Position numbers and translations under genes: made by a program. From Acidobacteriota bacterium (GTDB lineage Bacteria; Acidobacteriota; Terriglobia; Terriglobales; Acidobacteriaceae), in contig JAFDVQ010000018.1 of the NCBI GenBank assembly GCA_018268915.1, positions 74,457 through 138,456 on the forward strand: a DNA stretch of 64,000 nt, read 5' to 3'. The notes beneath the pieces are model-generated. The model was not told the origin of the DNA. It made no database searches and saw nothing but the letters and a program-made list of their open reading frames with translations. Shown here one piece after another: positions 18,730 through 31,930 of this stretch. The number at the start of each line of letters is the position of its first letter. The stretch's first letter is position 1.

Positions 18730-19158
18730 ATGTCGAACTTTGTAAGTATCGAATCGAAGCCGGCGGAAGGAGCAAGCGCGATCCCCGCGCAGCCTTCTCC
18801 TGCACCGGCTTCGCATGGAAATTCGAGCGGTATCCAGGTTACGGATCGCGCTGTGAAGCGCATCAAGGTCGCCATCGCCAAGGAGGGCATTTCGCCTGCA
18901 GAGGGCGGCCTGCGTCTGGGTGTGTTGGGCGGCGGCTGCTCTGGACTTTCCTATTCGATCAAGTTCGACACGCGTCCGCGCGAGCGCGATCGCATTTATG
19001 AGTTCGATGGGGTCCGCATCTTTGTCGACCCCAAATCGTTCATCTACCTGCACGGCATGACGCTCGACTACGAAGAGACACTGATGCGGCAGGGCTTTAA
19101 CTTCATCAATCCGAACTCCTCGCGCTCCTGCGGCTGCGGATCGTCCTTCTCGTCGTAG
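18730..19158 (+). CDS. iscA: A-type Fe-S carrier IscA/HesB
   Basis: LRLGVLGGGCSGLSY and terminal NPN..RSCGCGSSF. Start placed at MSNFV (ATG 18730). Has a Pro/Ala-rich N-terminal extension. Confidence 0.92.
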   Translation: MSNFVSIESKPAEGASAIPAQPSPAPASHGNSSGIQVTDRAVKRIKVAIAKEGISPAEGGLRLGVLGGGCSGLSYSIKFDTRPRERDRIYEFDGVRIFVDPKSFIYLHGMTLDYEETLMRQGFNFINPNSSRSCGCGSSFSS

Positions 19159-19186
19159 GGTCTCTTGCCTTTGCCGGAGTTTTCTC

Positions 19187-19876
19187 ATGTTGAAAGTTAT
19201 CGATTCTGCAGTACCGGTACCATGCTGGTCGTGTGCCGTCGCACATAACGAGTCCATCCTCTTTTGTCCGCATTGCAGCAAGATTCAGCCTCCTCCGGGA
19301 GGCGATTATTTTTCCGTCTTCTCGCTCGTCCCGAAGCTCGATCTCGATCTCGGCATGCTCGAGCATCAGTTCCATAAGCTCAGCCGCAAGCTGCATCCTG
19401 ATCGCTTCGCGCGCGCTTCGGCAAACGAAAAGGACTGGAGCCTTGCCGACACGGCACTTCTCAACGATGCCTACCGCACGCTTCGTGACCCGATTCGCCG
19501 CACCGAGTATCTGCTGAAGCTACAAGGCGCGGAGATTGGTGAAGAACACGCGGGGAAAGACCGGAAAGATCCATCGCGTGTACCCGCCGATCTGCTCGAA
19601 GAGGCCTTTGATCTGAACATGCAACTTGAAGAAATGCGCATGTCGAAGAAGATGGGCGACACCGATCCGCAACTGCAGTCCGATCTCGAAGGGGCGAAAA
19701 AGAAATACAACGACATGCTCGACGGTGTTGACAGTGATCTGCGTGCGCAATGGCAGGTGTGGGACAACGGCGATGAACCCAGCCGCCTCGAAGCTCAGAA
19801 GAAGATGGTCTCCCTGCTTGATCGCCGGCGCTACGTTAATAATCTCGTCCGCGATGTGACGGAGACACTCGCTTGA
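19187..19876 (+). CDS. hscB: Co-chaperone HscB with an N-terminal tetracysteine module
   Basis: CWSC...CPHC, J-domain with HPD, INDAY-like LNDAYRTLRDPIRR, position in the isc operon. Confidence 0.93.
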   Translation: MLKVIDSAVPVPCWSCAVAHNESILFCPHCSKIQPPPGGDYFSVFSLVPKLDLDLGMLEHQFHKLSRKLHPDRFARASANEKDWSLADTALLNDAYRTLRDPIRRTEYLLKLQGAEIGEEHAGKDRKDPSRVPADLLEEAFDLNMQLEEMRMSKKMGDTDPQLQSDLEGAKKKYNDMLDGVDSDLRAQWQVWDNGDEPSRLEAQKKMVSLLDRRRYVNNLVRDVTETLA

Positions 19877-19891
19877 TAAACCCGAGAGTAT

Positions 19892-19923
19892 GGGTGCCCC
19901 ACATCTCGATTTTGAGATGTGGG
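19892..19923 (+). repeat. REP-like palindrome, subfamily A
   Basis: GGGTGC-CCCACATCTC-GATTTT-GAGATGTGGG in the hscB-hscA spacer. Confidence 0.8.
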
Positions 19924-19977
19924 AGACAAAGAAGCTAGATCTGGGGCAACAACCCCTGAAGGGTATCTAAAGTTCTC

Positions 19978-21954
19978 ATGGCAGCAGAAGGACGCGTAGT
20001 TGGAATCGATCTGGGAACAACCAACTCCCTGGTCGCATATATGGAGGGCGACAAGCCCGTAGTGATCCCCGGCGTGGATGGCTCGAATCTTGTGCCGTCC
20101 GTCGTGGCACTCGATCCCATGCCGAAAGATGGCCGTCCGACCGTGACTGTCGGCAACAGCGCGCGGCGCACTCTGGTCGAGACTCCGGAACGCGTCATTT
20201 ACTCCGTCAAGCGACTGATGGGCCGTGGTCTTGAAGAAGTCCAGAGCGAACTGAAGTTCTTCCCTTTCCGTCTCGCCGACGACGTCGAAGCCGGTGAGGT
20301 CCCGCGTATTCAGTTGGGAGAGATGCGGTTCACTCCGCCTGAAATTTCCGCGTACATCCTGCGTCAGCTCAAGCGCAATGCGGAGCGCTTCTTTGGATCG
20401 CCGGTCACGCAGGCCGTTATCACCGTTCCCGCTTACTTCAACGACGCGCAGCGTCAGGCCACCAAGGATGCCGGACGCATGGCCGGCCTTGAAGTCCTCC
20501 GCCTCGTCAACGAGCCCACCGCAGCCGCACTCGCCTACGGGCTCGATCGCAACAAGGAAGGGCTGATCGCCGTTTACGATCTCGGCGGCGGCACCTTCGA
20601 CATCTCCATTCTCAAGCTTCGCGACGGCATCTTCGAAGTGCAGTCCACGAACGGCGACACGCACCTCGGCGGCGACGACATCGATAACCTGCTCCTCTCG
20701 ATCGCACTCGATGAGATCCACTCCGAGCACGGCATCGACCTCCGCCAGCATCCCGGTGCGGTGCAGGCACTGCGAAAGTCTGCGATCGACGCCAAGATTC
20801 GACTCTCTTCCGAACCAGTCGCACAGTTTGATTTCGAACTCCCCAATGGTGATCGCTATCAGCGCGAGATTCCCCGCGAAGTCTTCGAGCAACTGATCGA
20901 GCCCGTGCTCAATCGCACAGCCGGTCCTTGCAAACAAGCTCTCGTCGATGCCGGCATCACTCCGGAGCAGATCGACGAAGTCGTGCTCGTTGGTGGTTCC
21001 ACGCGCATCCCCGCCGTGCGCAAGCTCGTCGAAGATCTCTTCCATCTGACCGCGCGCGATAAGAAGCCGCATATCGAACTCAATCCGGACGAAGTCGTCG
21101 CTCTCGGCGCGGCTGTTCAAGCCGACATTCTCGCCGGGGCTTCCGCAACCACCGAGGAAATGCTCCTGCTCGATGTCACGCCACTGTCTCTCGGTATAGA
21201 AGCTTTGGGCGGCACAGTCGCCAAGATCATTCAGCGCAACTCGACGATCCCGGCATCAGCGACCGAACACTTCACCACCGGCGTCGACGGCCAGACCAAC
21301 GTCGCGATCCATGTCGTTCAGGGTGAGCGTGAGCTCGCCGCAGACTGCCGTTCCCTTGCACGCTTCGACCTCAAAGGAATTCCGCCCATGACCGCCGGAC
21401 TGCCTCGCATCGAAGTCAAGTTCCTAATCGATGCCGACGGAATCCTCCAGGTCTCCGCGCGTGAACAGCGATCAGGCCAGCAGGCGCAGATCGAAGTCAA
21501 GCCGACGTATGGTCTCACCGACGAGCAAGTCGAAACCATGATCCTCGATTCCTTTGACAACGCGGAGGCCGACTTTGCAAAGCGTTTGCTGATCGAAGCC
21601 CGCAACGAAGCCGACACAATCCTTACGAAAATCGAGCAGGCGAGAACGAATCCCGCATGGGCCCAGTTGCGTGGCGAAGAAATCTCCACCATCGACGCCG
21701 CCCGCAATCACCTTGCCGCTGTAAAGTCCGGCGAGGATGCCAGCGCGATCCGCGAAGCTACCATCGCGCTGGACAAATCAACGCACCGATTGGCCGAACT
21801 TATGATGGACGCTGCCGTCACTTCCGCTATTCGAGGAAAGACGATGGAACAGGCCGGAGAGGATTTGGACGAGGATGTATCGGCTCCTCACCCGATGGCT
21901 CCAGCAGAATTTAAGACAGATTCTGATGATGATGGCATGGCTCTTTGGACCTAG
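19978..21954 (+). CDS. hscA: Fe-S assembly Hsp70 chaperone HscA
   Basis: [28 protein letters not shown] and [11 protein letters not shown]. Lies between hscB and fdx. Confidence 0.93.
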   Translation: MAAEGRVVGIDLGTTNSLVAYMEGDKPVVIPGVDGSNLVPSVVALDPMPKDGRPTVTVGNSARRTLVETPERVIYSVKRLMGRGLEEVQSELKFFPFRLADDVEAGEVPRIQLGEMRFTPPEISAYILRQLKRNAERFFGSPVTQAVITVPAYFNDAQRQATKDAGRMAGLEVLRLVNEPTAAALAYGLDRNKEGLIAVYDLGGGTFDISILKLRDGIFEVQSTNGDTHLGGDDIDNLLLSIALDEIHSEHGIDLRQHPGAVQALRKSAIDAKIRLSSEPVAQFDFELPNGDRYQREIPREVFEQLIEPVLNRTAGPCKQALVDAGITPEQIDEVVLVGGSTRIPAVRKLVEDLFHLTARDKKPHIELNPDEVVALGAAVQADILAGASATTEEMLLLDVTPLSLGIEALGGTVAKIIQRNSTIPASATEHFTTGVDGQTNVAIHVVQGERELAADCRSLARFDLKGIPPMTAGLPRIEVKFLIDADGILQVSAREQRSGQQAQIEVKPTYGLTDEQVETMILDSFDNAEADFAKRLLIEARNEADTILTKIEQARTNPAWAQLRGEEISTIDAARNHLAAVKSGEDASAIREATIALDKSTHRLAELMMDAAVTSAIRGKTMEQAGEDLDEDVSAPHPMAPAEFKTDSDDDGMALWT

Positions 21955-21996
21955 AAACGGTTACTCAGCGGCTCAGCCGCGAATCAAGGAAGATAT

Positions 21997-22413
21997 ATGA
22001 GCGAAGCAAACACCACAAACATTCCCCCAGACAAGCTTGTCCGCGTCACCTTCATGCCTGAAGGAAAGACCGTTGAGTTCGAATTCGGCACGATGCCCTA
22101 TGACCACCACGGCAAGCCGATGTCTTTCCTCGATGTCGCCGAGAACTTCAACATCTTTCTCGATCACGCCTGCGGCGGTTCCTGCGCCTGCACCACCTGC
22201 CACATCTGGGTGAAGGACGGCAAAGAAGGCATCAGCGAAGCCGATGACGACGAACTGGACCGGCTCGACATGGCCGCCGACCAGCAGCTCAACTCACGCC
22301 TCGGATGCCAAGCTGTCATCACCAAGCCCGGCTCTTACGTAGTCGAAATCCCCAAATGGAATCGCAACTACACGTCTGAAGGCAAACCCCTCGCTTTGGC
22401 CGACAATAAATAG
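21997..22413 (+). CDS. fdx: [2Fe-2S] ferredoxin, ISC/adrenodoxin type
   Basis: CGGSCACTTCH...RLGCQ. Confidence 0.93.
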   Translation: MSEANTTNIPPDKLVRVTFMPEGKTVEFEFGTMPYDHHGKPMSFLDVAENFNIFLDHACGGSCACTTCHIWVKDGKEGISEADDDELDRLDMAADQQLNSRLGCQAVITKPGSYVVEIPKWNRNYTSEGKPLALADNK

Positions 22414-22415
22414 CT

Positions 22416-22451
22416 GGGTGCCCCCGATCCCTCGCATTTGGGGATCGGGGG
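22416..22451 (+). repeat. REP-like palindrome, subfamily B
   Basis: GGGTG-CCCCCGATCCC-TCGCATTTG-GGGATCGGGGG immediately after the fdx stop. Confidence 0.8.
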
Positions 22452-22496
22452 TAGAAGTCTCTCTTTCAATTTCCTCAAACCAAAACAGGAGAACCA

Positions 22497-22715
22497 ATGC
22501 CCCGCGAAATCCTCTGGACTGACTCCGAAGAAATCGGCATTCAACTTCAGGAGAAGTATCCCGACCTCGATCCGCTCACAGTCCGCTTCACTGACCTTCA
22601 CAAATACGTGACAGAGCTGGAAGGCTTCGCCGACGACCCGGCCAAGTCCAACGAGTCACGGCTCGAAGCAATTCAGATGGCCTGGCACGAAGAATTCGAA
22701 GACGCAAAGGGCTAG
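22497..22715 (+). CDS. iscX: Fe-S assembly protein IscX
   Basis: WTDSEEIGIQL.EKYPD.DP..VRFTDLH..V..L.GF.DDP..SNE..LEAIQMAW. Confidence 0.95.
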   Translation: MPREILWTDSEEIGIQLQEKYPDLDPLTVRFTDLHKYVTELEGFADDPAKSNESRLEAIQMAWHEEFEDAKG

Positions 22716-22725
22716 CGTCGCGCCA

Positions 22726-23226
22726 TCAGTCGCGCCAGCCCTCATCCCATCTGAACGCACCCTCGAAATGCACGAATTCCCGTTCCTGCCCCGGGACCGC
22801 GTAGACACTCACGACATCGAATCGTACAGACGGCATCTCGCTTCCAGGCAGCAGGCGCACATATCGTCGCGCCAGCCTGCGCAGCACATTCCGCTTGTGC
22901 TCATCGACTGCGGACTCGGCGGGAGTCAAATCGCGAGCAGTGCGCGTCTTCACCTCTATGAAGCAAAGCACCGGCCCTGCCCACGCAATCAGGTCGACAT
23001 CACCTGGCACGTCGCCTGACGACCAGCGTCGAGCCACAATGACGTATCTCTTTCGAAGCAGGTAGAAGAAGACCGCGTCTTCGCCTTCGATCCCAACCGT
23101 CAGATGTGCCGGTCCGGAACTTCTTCCCCGCTTACGCGCGATCCAGTTGAGTCCGGCAAGGGCTCGCTCCATCCACTGAACACGCATCAGACGCAGAGCT
23201 TCCATGCGATCCAGTCTGCATCGCAC
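22726..23226 (-). CDS. YraN (UPF0102) family putative endonuclease
   Basis: GIEGED, GDVDLIA, CFIEVKTR and RFDVVSV (PD-(D/E)xK-like). The start is uncertain. Confidence 0.88.
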   Translation of the reverse strand: MRCRLDRMEALRLMRVQWMERALAGLNWIARKRGRSSGPAHLTVGIEGEDAVFFYLLRKRYVIVARRWSSGDVPGDVDLIAWAGPVLCFIEVKTRTARDLTPAESAVDEHKRNVLRRLARRYVRLLPGSEMPSVRFDVVSVYAVPGQEREFVHFEGAFRWDEGWRD

Positions 23227-23270
23227 TCTCAGCGCTGCGCCGTGCCCGTGCGCACACCAAACTGACTAAG

Positions 23271-23606
23271 CTATGCCGTTTCGTCGTCAACAGCGGCCGT
23301 CGGAGCATTCGCCTTTACGGAAGCAATTCCGTTATCGCGTGCCGTTTCGCTGTTGTAGCCTTCGCTGCTGCCAATGATCTCGTGATTCCCAGCCTTCAGG
23401 TTAAAGCGCGGATGCCCCGCCTTGTCGACCTTCTTCTCATACCGCTCATCGAGCGCGGCATTCTTCTTCACCGACTCCACTCCATTCAACGCGGAAGCTT
23501 TCGTCTTATAGAGTTCGCTGGTAAGAATCGTCTCGCCGTTTCCAGCCTTGAGAACAAAACGGAACTGACCGTCAGAAGACTTCTTCAGTACGAATTTGCT
23601 TGCCAT
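23271..23606 (-). CDS. YegP family protein (tandem DUF1508)
   Basis: Two repeats: FRFVLKAGNGETILTSELY..KASALNGVESV and RFNLKAGNHEIIGSSEGY...ARDNGIASV. Confidence 0.92.
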   Translation of the reverse strand: MASKFVLKKSSDGQFRFVLKAGNGETILTSELYKTKASALNGVESVKKNAALDERYEKKVDKAGHPRFNLKAGNHEIIGSSEGYNSETARDNGIASVKANAPTAAVDDETA

Positions 23607-23682
23607 TTTGGCCCTCCTTGCAGACCCTGAATATCTTTCCTGCTTCGATCTCTGAACAAGGAAAAATTCCCGTCCTTAGCCT

Positions 23683-24105
23683 CTACAGCAGCTTTCCGAG
23701 AATTGACTGAAGCAGAGATCCGCTTTCTGGTGCCGGAGTTCCCGTCACCTGCCCGTCCGTAGTCACATGTCCGTTTGCGGTCAAATGGCTCACGATGAGC
23801 GGCAGCACTGTCGCCAGGCTCATCTTCACAGTGTCCGGCGACATTCCCGTCCGCTGCGCGATGCTGTCAATCAAACTGGACCCGCCGATCGCCTGCTCGA
23901 TCGCGCCTGGATTTGCCGGCTGCGTCTGACCGTTTGCCCACTGCTGGACGAGGCCGCCCGCACCATTCTGATGCATGGACTGGATCAGACTTGCGACCCC
24001 GCCTGCTCCTCCGAGATGCTCCAGCAGGCCGCCTGCAACTGCCGCGTGGTCGCCTCCCTCCGAGAGACCTTTCGCCATGTTTGTTACCGAATCAAGAAAG
24101 CTCAT
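23683..24105 (-). CDS. YidB/DUF937 family protein
   Basis: GGVASLIQSMHQNGAGGLVQQW...LATVLPLIVSHLTANG. Start moved to MSFLDSV (ATG 24105), which follows AAAGGA. Confidence 0.85.
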   Translation of the reverse strand: MSFLDSVTNMAKGLSEGGDHAAVAGGLLEHLGGAGGVASLIQSMHQNGAGGLVQQWANGQTQPANPGAIEQAIGGSSLIDSIAQRTGMSPDTVKMSLATVLPLIVSHLTANGHVTTDGQVTGTPAPESGSLLQSILGKLL

Positions 24106-24145
24106 AGTGCGTATCCTTTCGAAAGCATGGGTTGGCTGGGAACAC

Positions 24146-24173
24146 AGTATAGGCTCCTCCATCCAGCCTGCAA
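24146..24173 (-). promoter_or_regulatory. Sigma70-type promoter of the YidB gene
   Basis: The minus strand reads TTGCAG-16 bp-TATACT. Confidence 0.45.
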
Positions 24174-24289
24174 TGAAATTTGCTGAGAAAAATCGCTCAT
24201 CAAAATGAACTGTACGCATCTATCCCGGTGTGCTGTACTATTTGGGCGCTGGAGCCTTCCCCTCCAGCCCACCACAAAGGACGGTGAAT

Positions 24290-24799
24290 ATGAAGATTAA
24301 ATTTCTCCAAGCTGTCGTCGCGGGGTTGATTCTCTCTCCTTGTATTTCGCTCGCTCAGGCACCCGCCGGCGCGCCCGCAGGAACCACTGGAAAATGCAAA
24401 GACGGTACGTTCACCTCAGCGCCCAAGAAGCAGGGGGCCTGCCGCGGACACAAGGGAATCGACACGTGGTACGCAGCCGATGCAGCTCCTGCCGCGCCTT
24501 CCGCCGCGGCTGCAAGCTCAACACCTGCTCCCGCCGCGAAGTCTTCCAGTTCGCCAGCACCCGCCGCTAGCCCCGCTCCGTCGTCCTCTTCCAGGAAGTC
24601 GACCGGGCCAAAGACCCCAAAGACGGCCGCGCCCGGTGGTGCTCCTGGTCTCGTCTGGGTCAACTCGTCGACCAATGTCTACCACTGCTATGGAACCCAG
24701 TTCTACGGCACAACCAAGGCAGGCAAATACATGTCCGAAGCTGAGGCCAAGGCTGCGGGCGCTCGTCCCGATCGCAATAAAGCATGTTCGGCCAAGTAG
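24290..24799 (+). CDS. Secreted DUF3761-like protein with a Pro/Ala/Ser linker and a small C-terminal domain
   Basis: Signal peptide, TGKCKDGTFTS..KQGACRGHKGIDTW, low-complexity linker, VWVNSSTNVYHC...YMSEAEAKAAG. Start at MKIKF (ATG 24290). Confidence 0.8.
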   Translation: MKIKFLQAVVAGLILSPCISLAQAPAGAPAGTTGKCKDGTFTSAPKKQGACRGHKGIDTWYAADAAPAAPSAAAASSTPAPAAKSSSSPAPAASPAPSSSSRKSTGPKTPKTAAPGGAPGLVWVNSSTNVYHCYGTQFYGTTKAGKYMSEAEAKAAGARPDRNKACSAK

Positions 24800-24815
24800 C
24801 AGACTGCAACAAAAC

Positions 24816-24848
24816 AAAAGGCCGGAGCACTATCGCTCCGGCCTTTTT
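24816..24848. terminator. Bidirectional intrinsic terminator
   Basis: AAAAGGCCGGAGC-ACTATC-GCTCCGGCCTTTTT between convergent genes. Confidence 0.8.
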
Positions 24849-24866
24849 CCGTTGAGCTGAAACGTA

Positions 24867-26261
24867 TCAGGCTTTTGCGCCAGCCAGTTCCCTGGATCCC
24901 GCGAACTCTTTCTCTACCTGCGTCAGCGCCTCTTCCAGGATGTCCAGCCCGACCATCGCCTCATCCTCGCTCATAATCAGCGGAGGACACAGCCGGATTG
25001 AGGTCTCGCCGCACCCGAGAATGACCAGTCCCTTCTCGAATGCCACTGCCTCCACGCGGTTCCGCAAGTCGGTCACAGGCTCCCGCGTGTTCTTGTCTTT
25101 CACTAACTCGACGCCAATCATGAAGCCGCGTCCGCGTACATCGCCGACCAGCGGGTGTGTCTTCTTCCATTCATTGAGCCGTTCCATCATCTTCGCGCCG
25201 ACCGTCGCCGCATTCGCGATTCCCTCGCGCTCAAGAATTTCGACTGTAGCCAGCGCCGCTGCCAGCGAAACCGGATTCCCGCCAAACGTCGAAGCATGCG
25301 AGCCCGGCACCCAGTCCATCACCGCGGCCTTGCTCATGCACACGCCCAGAGGCATGCCGCTCGCGATGCCCTTGGCTGAGCAGATAATGTCCGGCTCAAC
25401 GCCAGAGTGCTGAATCGCCCACCACTTGCCCGTGCGGCCCGCGCCCGACTGAACCTCGTCCGCGACCAGCATGATCCCGTACTTATCGCAGATCGAGCGC
25501 AGCTCGCGGAGAAAGTTGTCGGGAGCCACGACATACCCGCCCTCGCCCTGAATCGGCTCAACCACAATTGCAGCCACTTCTTCCGGCGGGAGGATTGTCT
25601 TGAAGAGCTTCTCCTCGATATACCTCGCGCATCCCAGGCTGAACGCCTCTTCTTCCTGCGGCCCGCCCGTGCATCCGCGGTACGCATAGGGATAACGCAC
25701 ATGCGTCACGCCCGGCATTAACGGCGCAAATCTCCGCTTCTGCTGCGGCTTTGACGCCGTCAGTGAAAGAGCTCCCATCGTGCGCCCGTGAAAAGCACCG
25801 AGGAACGCAATGATGTGCTGCCGGCCCGTGTGATACCGCGCCAGCTTGATCGCACACTCCACCGCCTCTGCGCCCGAGTTGCCGTAGAAGACACGATGCG
25901 GTCCGCGCATGGGCGCAATCGCCGATAGCTTCTCGGCAAGCTGGGTCAGCGGTTCGTTATAGAAGTCCGTCCCCGAGATATGAATCAGCTCCGCTGCTTG
26001 CTTCTGAATCGCCTCCACTACCTCCGGATGACAATGCCCCGTAGAAGTCACGGCGATTCCTGCTGCGAAATCGAGGAACTCGTTCCCGTCCACATCTTCC
26101 ACGCGGCAACCACGTCCACGCTTTACCACCAGTGGATAAGACCGCGTGTAGCTAGGAGAAATCAGACGTCCATCGGCCTCGACAGCTGCCTTTGCCTTGG
26201 GGCCCGGAACTGGGCCCTTGAGCTTAGGCCCAAACTTTGCATGCATCTCTTGCTTTGTCAT
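24867..26261 (-). CDS. Class III PLP aminotransferase (GabT/ArgD-like)
   Basis: FLDFAAGIAV, NSGAEAVE, AFHGRTMG, EPIQGEGG, DEVQSG and SAKG (PLP Lys). The substrate cannot be determined. Confidence 0.92.
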   Translation of the reverse strand: MTKQEMHAKFGPKLKGPVPGPKAKAAVEADGRLISPSYTRSYPLVVKRGRGCRVEDVDGNEFLDFAAGIAVTSTGHCHPEVVEAIQKQAAELIHISGTDFYNEPLTQLAEKLSAIAPMRGPHRVFYGNSGAEAVECAIKLARYHTGRQHIIAFLGAFHGRTMGALSLTASKPQQKRRFAPLMPGVTHVRYPYAYRGCTGGPQEEEAFSLGCARYIEEKLFKTILPPEEVAAIVVEPIQGEGGYVVAPDNFLRELRSICDKYGIMLVADEVQSGAGRTGKWWAIQHSGVEPDIICSAKGIASGMPLGVCMSKAAVMDWVPGSHASTFGGNPVSLAAALATVEILEREGIANAATVGAKMMERLNEWKKTHPLVGDVRGRGFMIGVELVKDKNTREPVTDLRNRVEAVAFEKGLVILGCGETSIRLCPPLIMSEDEAMVGLDILEEALTQVEKEFAGSRELAGAKA

Positions 26262-26708
26262 CTCGTGTCTCCTCGTCGATCGGTTGCAGGCTGCGAAGAG
26301 GACGCAGCTGCGACCCCGCTGATGGGGTTGTTCTGTTTTGCGGACCTGTAATGGTCCAGGCGAGGGATTTCGGCGGGCAGGTGCTAATCGCCGCCGAAGA
26401 GACTAGGTCGAGTGCTGGAGGGCAGAACGCGCAGGTGGCGTCGAGGGCAGAGGCAGCGCACGCGAGCACGCGACCAGCGCTTCATGGCTGGAACCGGCTC
26501 CACCGCGATGGCGATCCTCTCGTTCACTGACCCTCTCTGGCCGAAGCATAGCACGCAGTTACAATTGCTTTCCAATGCTTTCAAAGACGGCACCACTGGC
26601 TCCGGTCATAACCTTGGGCCTGTCAATTCGGAAACTAGCTCCCTCCTCAGGCTCCGCAGCCAGCATCCAACCGAACTTGACAGGACAATGCGAAGGCCTC
26701 CGATCTGA

Positions 26709-28589
26709 ATGACAAAGCTAGGCTTAACCGACTGGCTCCTCGCCGACCTCAAGCTCCCGAAAGGAGTGCACAGTGCCCCGGAGCCCGTCCACCCGTGGTG
26801 GGCCGTCATGTGTCTCACCGGGGTCGATTACTTCTCCACTCTGGGGTACCAGCCGGGCATCGCTTTCCTGGCTGCGGGGTTTCTCTCCCCCTTCGCCACC
26901 CTCGTACTCGTACTCGTGACCTTGTTCGCAGCTCTCCCGCTTTACGCGCGAGTCGCGAAGGCGAGCCCGAATGGCCAGGGAAGCATCGCAATGCTCGAGC
27001 GCCTTTTCCCCGAATGGGCCGGCAAGCTGTTTGTCCTCGCGCTCCTAGGCTTCGCCACGACGGACTTCATCATCACCATGACGCTCTCTGCCGCTGACGC
27101 CGCAGCGCACTTCATCCACAATCCCTTTGCACCTCACTGGCTTAACAGCCAGATGTTTGTCACCTTGCTGATCCTTTCGATCCTTGGTCTCGTCTTCCTC
27201 AAAGGATTTCGCGAGGCCATCAACATTGCGGTTGTACTCGTCGCCGTCTACCTTCTGCTCAACGCGGTGGTCACGGTACGAGCAGCGATCGAAGTGCTGC
27301 GCCATCCGCTGCGTATCGACATATGGAAGAACGAAGCTCTTGCGCAGCACCCTCACTGGCTCGGAATCGTTGCTATCTGCCTTCTACTATTCCCACGTCT
27401 TGCCCTTGGTCTTTCAGGGTTTGAGACCGGTGTGGCTGTGATGCCGCTCATCCGCGGCGAAAACATTGAAGCGCGCATTCGCAACACACGCAAGCTGCTG
27501 ATTACGGCTGCCTGCATCATGAGCGTGTTCCTCATCGCCACCAGCTTCATCACGACAGTGCTCATTCCGCCTGCGGCCTTTGAAGAAAACGGAGACGCCA
27601 ACGGTCGCGCCCTCGCCTATCTCGCGCACCAGTATTTCGGCAACGGATTCGGGACCGTGTACGACATCAGCACGATTCTTATTCTCGGCTTTGCCGGTGC
27701 ATCCGCCATGGCCGGCCTTCTCAACCTGATCCCGCGCTACCTGCCGCGCTTCGGCATGGCGCCCGAGTGGGCACGCGCATCTCGGCCGCTGGTGCTGGTC
27801 TTTGTGGGCGTGGCATTCTTTGTCACTGGGCGATTCCACGCCGACGTGGATGCCCAGGGCGGCGCTTATGCAACTGGAGTACTCGTGCTCATAACGTCCG
27901 CCGCATGTGCGGTCACGATATCCGCTTGGAAGACTCGGGCACGCTGGCCGTTCTTGCTGATCGCACTCATCTTCGTCTACACGACTGCGATGAACATCTG
28001 GGAGCGTCCTGAAGGTCTGAAGATCTCCTGCATCTTCATCGCCAGCATCCTGTTCACGTCATTCGTCTCACGTGCCACGCGCTCCACAGAACTGCGCATT
28101 ACCGGCATCGACCTATCCCACAACGCCACGTGCCTCGTCCACGATTCGGGTGCGGAGCCGATCCGCCTCATTGCTCGCCGGCCGAAAGCTGTCACCAGCG
28201 TCGAGAACCTTGATCGGATTGAAGCTCTTGTCCGCAATGTCCATGGCCTTCCCGAGCACGCAACAATCCTCTTCCTCGAAGTGGAGCGAACAGACGCTTC
28301 AGAGTTCTCTGAGCATTTGAGGGTGGACGGAGACAGATTAGGCAGGCACTGCATCCTGACTGCGCGAAGCCCCATGGTTGCCAACTCCATCGCTGCCCTG
28401 CTCATTCATGTTGAGAAAATCACCGGCCAGGTGCCGCACATCTATTTCAAATGGACAGAAGGGAATCCCGTCGCCAACATCTTTCGCTTCCTCTTTCTCG
28501 GTGAAGGGGACGTGGCCCCGCTCACTCACGAAGTGTTGCGTAAGGCTGTACCCGACATCGAGAGGCGTCCCGTGGTCCACGTCAGTTAG
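26709..28589 (+). CDS. APC-superfamily transporter, KimA/YdaO-like, with a soluble C-terminal domain
   Basis: Many hydrophobic helices, [21 protein letters not shown] and YATGVL motifs, and a cytoplasmic C-terminal domain. Confidence 0.8.
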   Translation: MTKLGLTDWLLADLKLPKGVHSAPEPVHPWWAVMCLTGVDYFSTLGYQPGIAFLAAGFLSPFATLVLVLVTLFAALPLYARVAKASPNGQGSIAMLERLFPEWAGKLFVLALLGFATTDFIITMTLSAADAAAHFIHNPFAPHWLNSQMFVTLLILSILGLVFLKGFREAINIAVVLVAVYLLLNAVVTVRAAIEVLRHPLRIDIWKNEALAQHPHWLGIVAICLLLFPRLALGLSGFETGVAVMPLIRGENIEARIRNTRKLLITAACIMSVFLIATSFITTVLIPPAAFEENGDANGRALAYLAHQYFGNGFGTVYDISTILILGFAGASAMAGLLNLIPRYLPRFGMAPEWARASRPLVLVFVGVAFFVTGRFHADVDAQGGAYATGVLVLITSAACAVTISAWKTRARWPFLLIALIFVYTTAMNIWERPEGLKISCIFIASILFTSFVSRATRSTELRITGIDLSHNATCLVHDSGAEPIRLIARRPKAVTSVENLDRIEALVRNVHGLPEHATILFLEVERTDASEFSEHLRVDGDRLGRHCILTARSPMVANSIAALLIHVEKITGQVPHIYFKWTEGNPVANIFRFLFLGEGDVAPLTHEVLRKAVPDIERRPVVHVS

Positions 28590-28655
28590 AGCCGCCACGA
28601 TCCGGACCACCGGAGTAGAATCTGCCGACGATCCAACTCGCCTTCCGGATAGTAG

Positions 28656-31865
<3,210 letters not shown>

Positions 31866-31930
31866 GTTGGCGACCTAAAGACTGCGGCAAATACAGCTGT
31901 ATCTGCCGCAGTTGTCACTTTTTTGAGAAT

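Noticed and set aside
12527-22715. Functional link between the Fe-S-dependent radical SAM/UdgX genes and the nearby isc operon
   Set aside because: They are separated by an unrelated phosphatidyltransferase gene and a separate promoter. Proximity alone is not evidence.
26590-26708. c-di-AMP (ydaO) riboswitch upstream of the KimA-like transporter
   Set aside because: The conserved ydaO elements could not be found by eye. An Rfam scan would be decisive.
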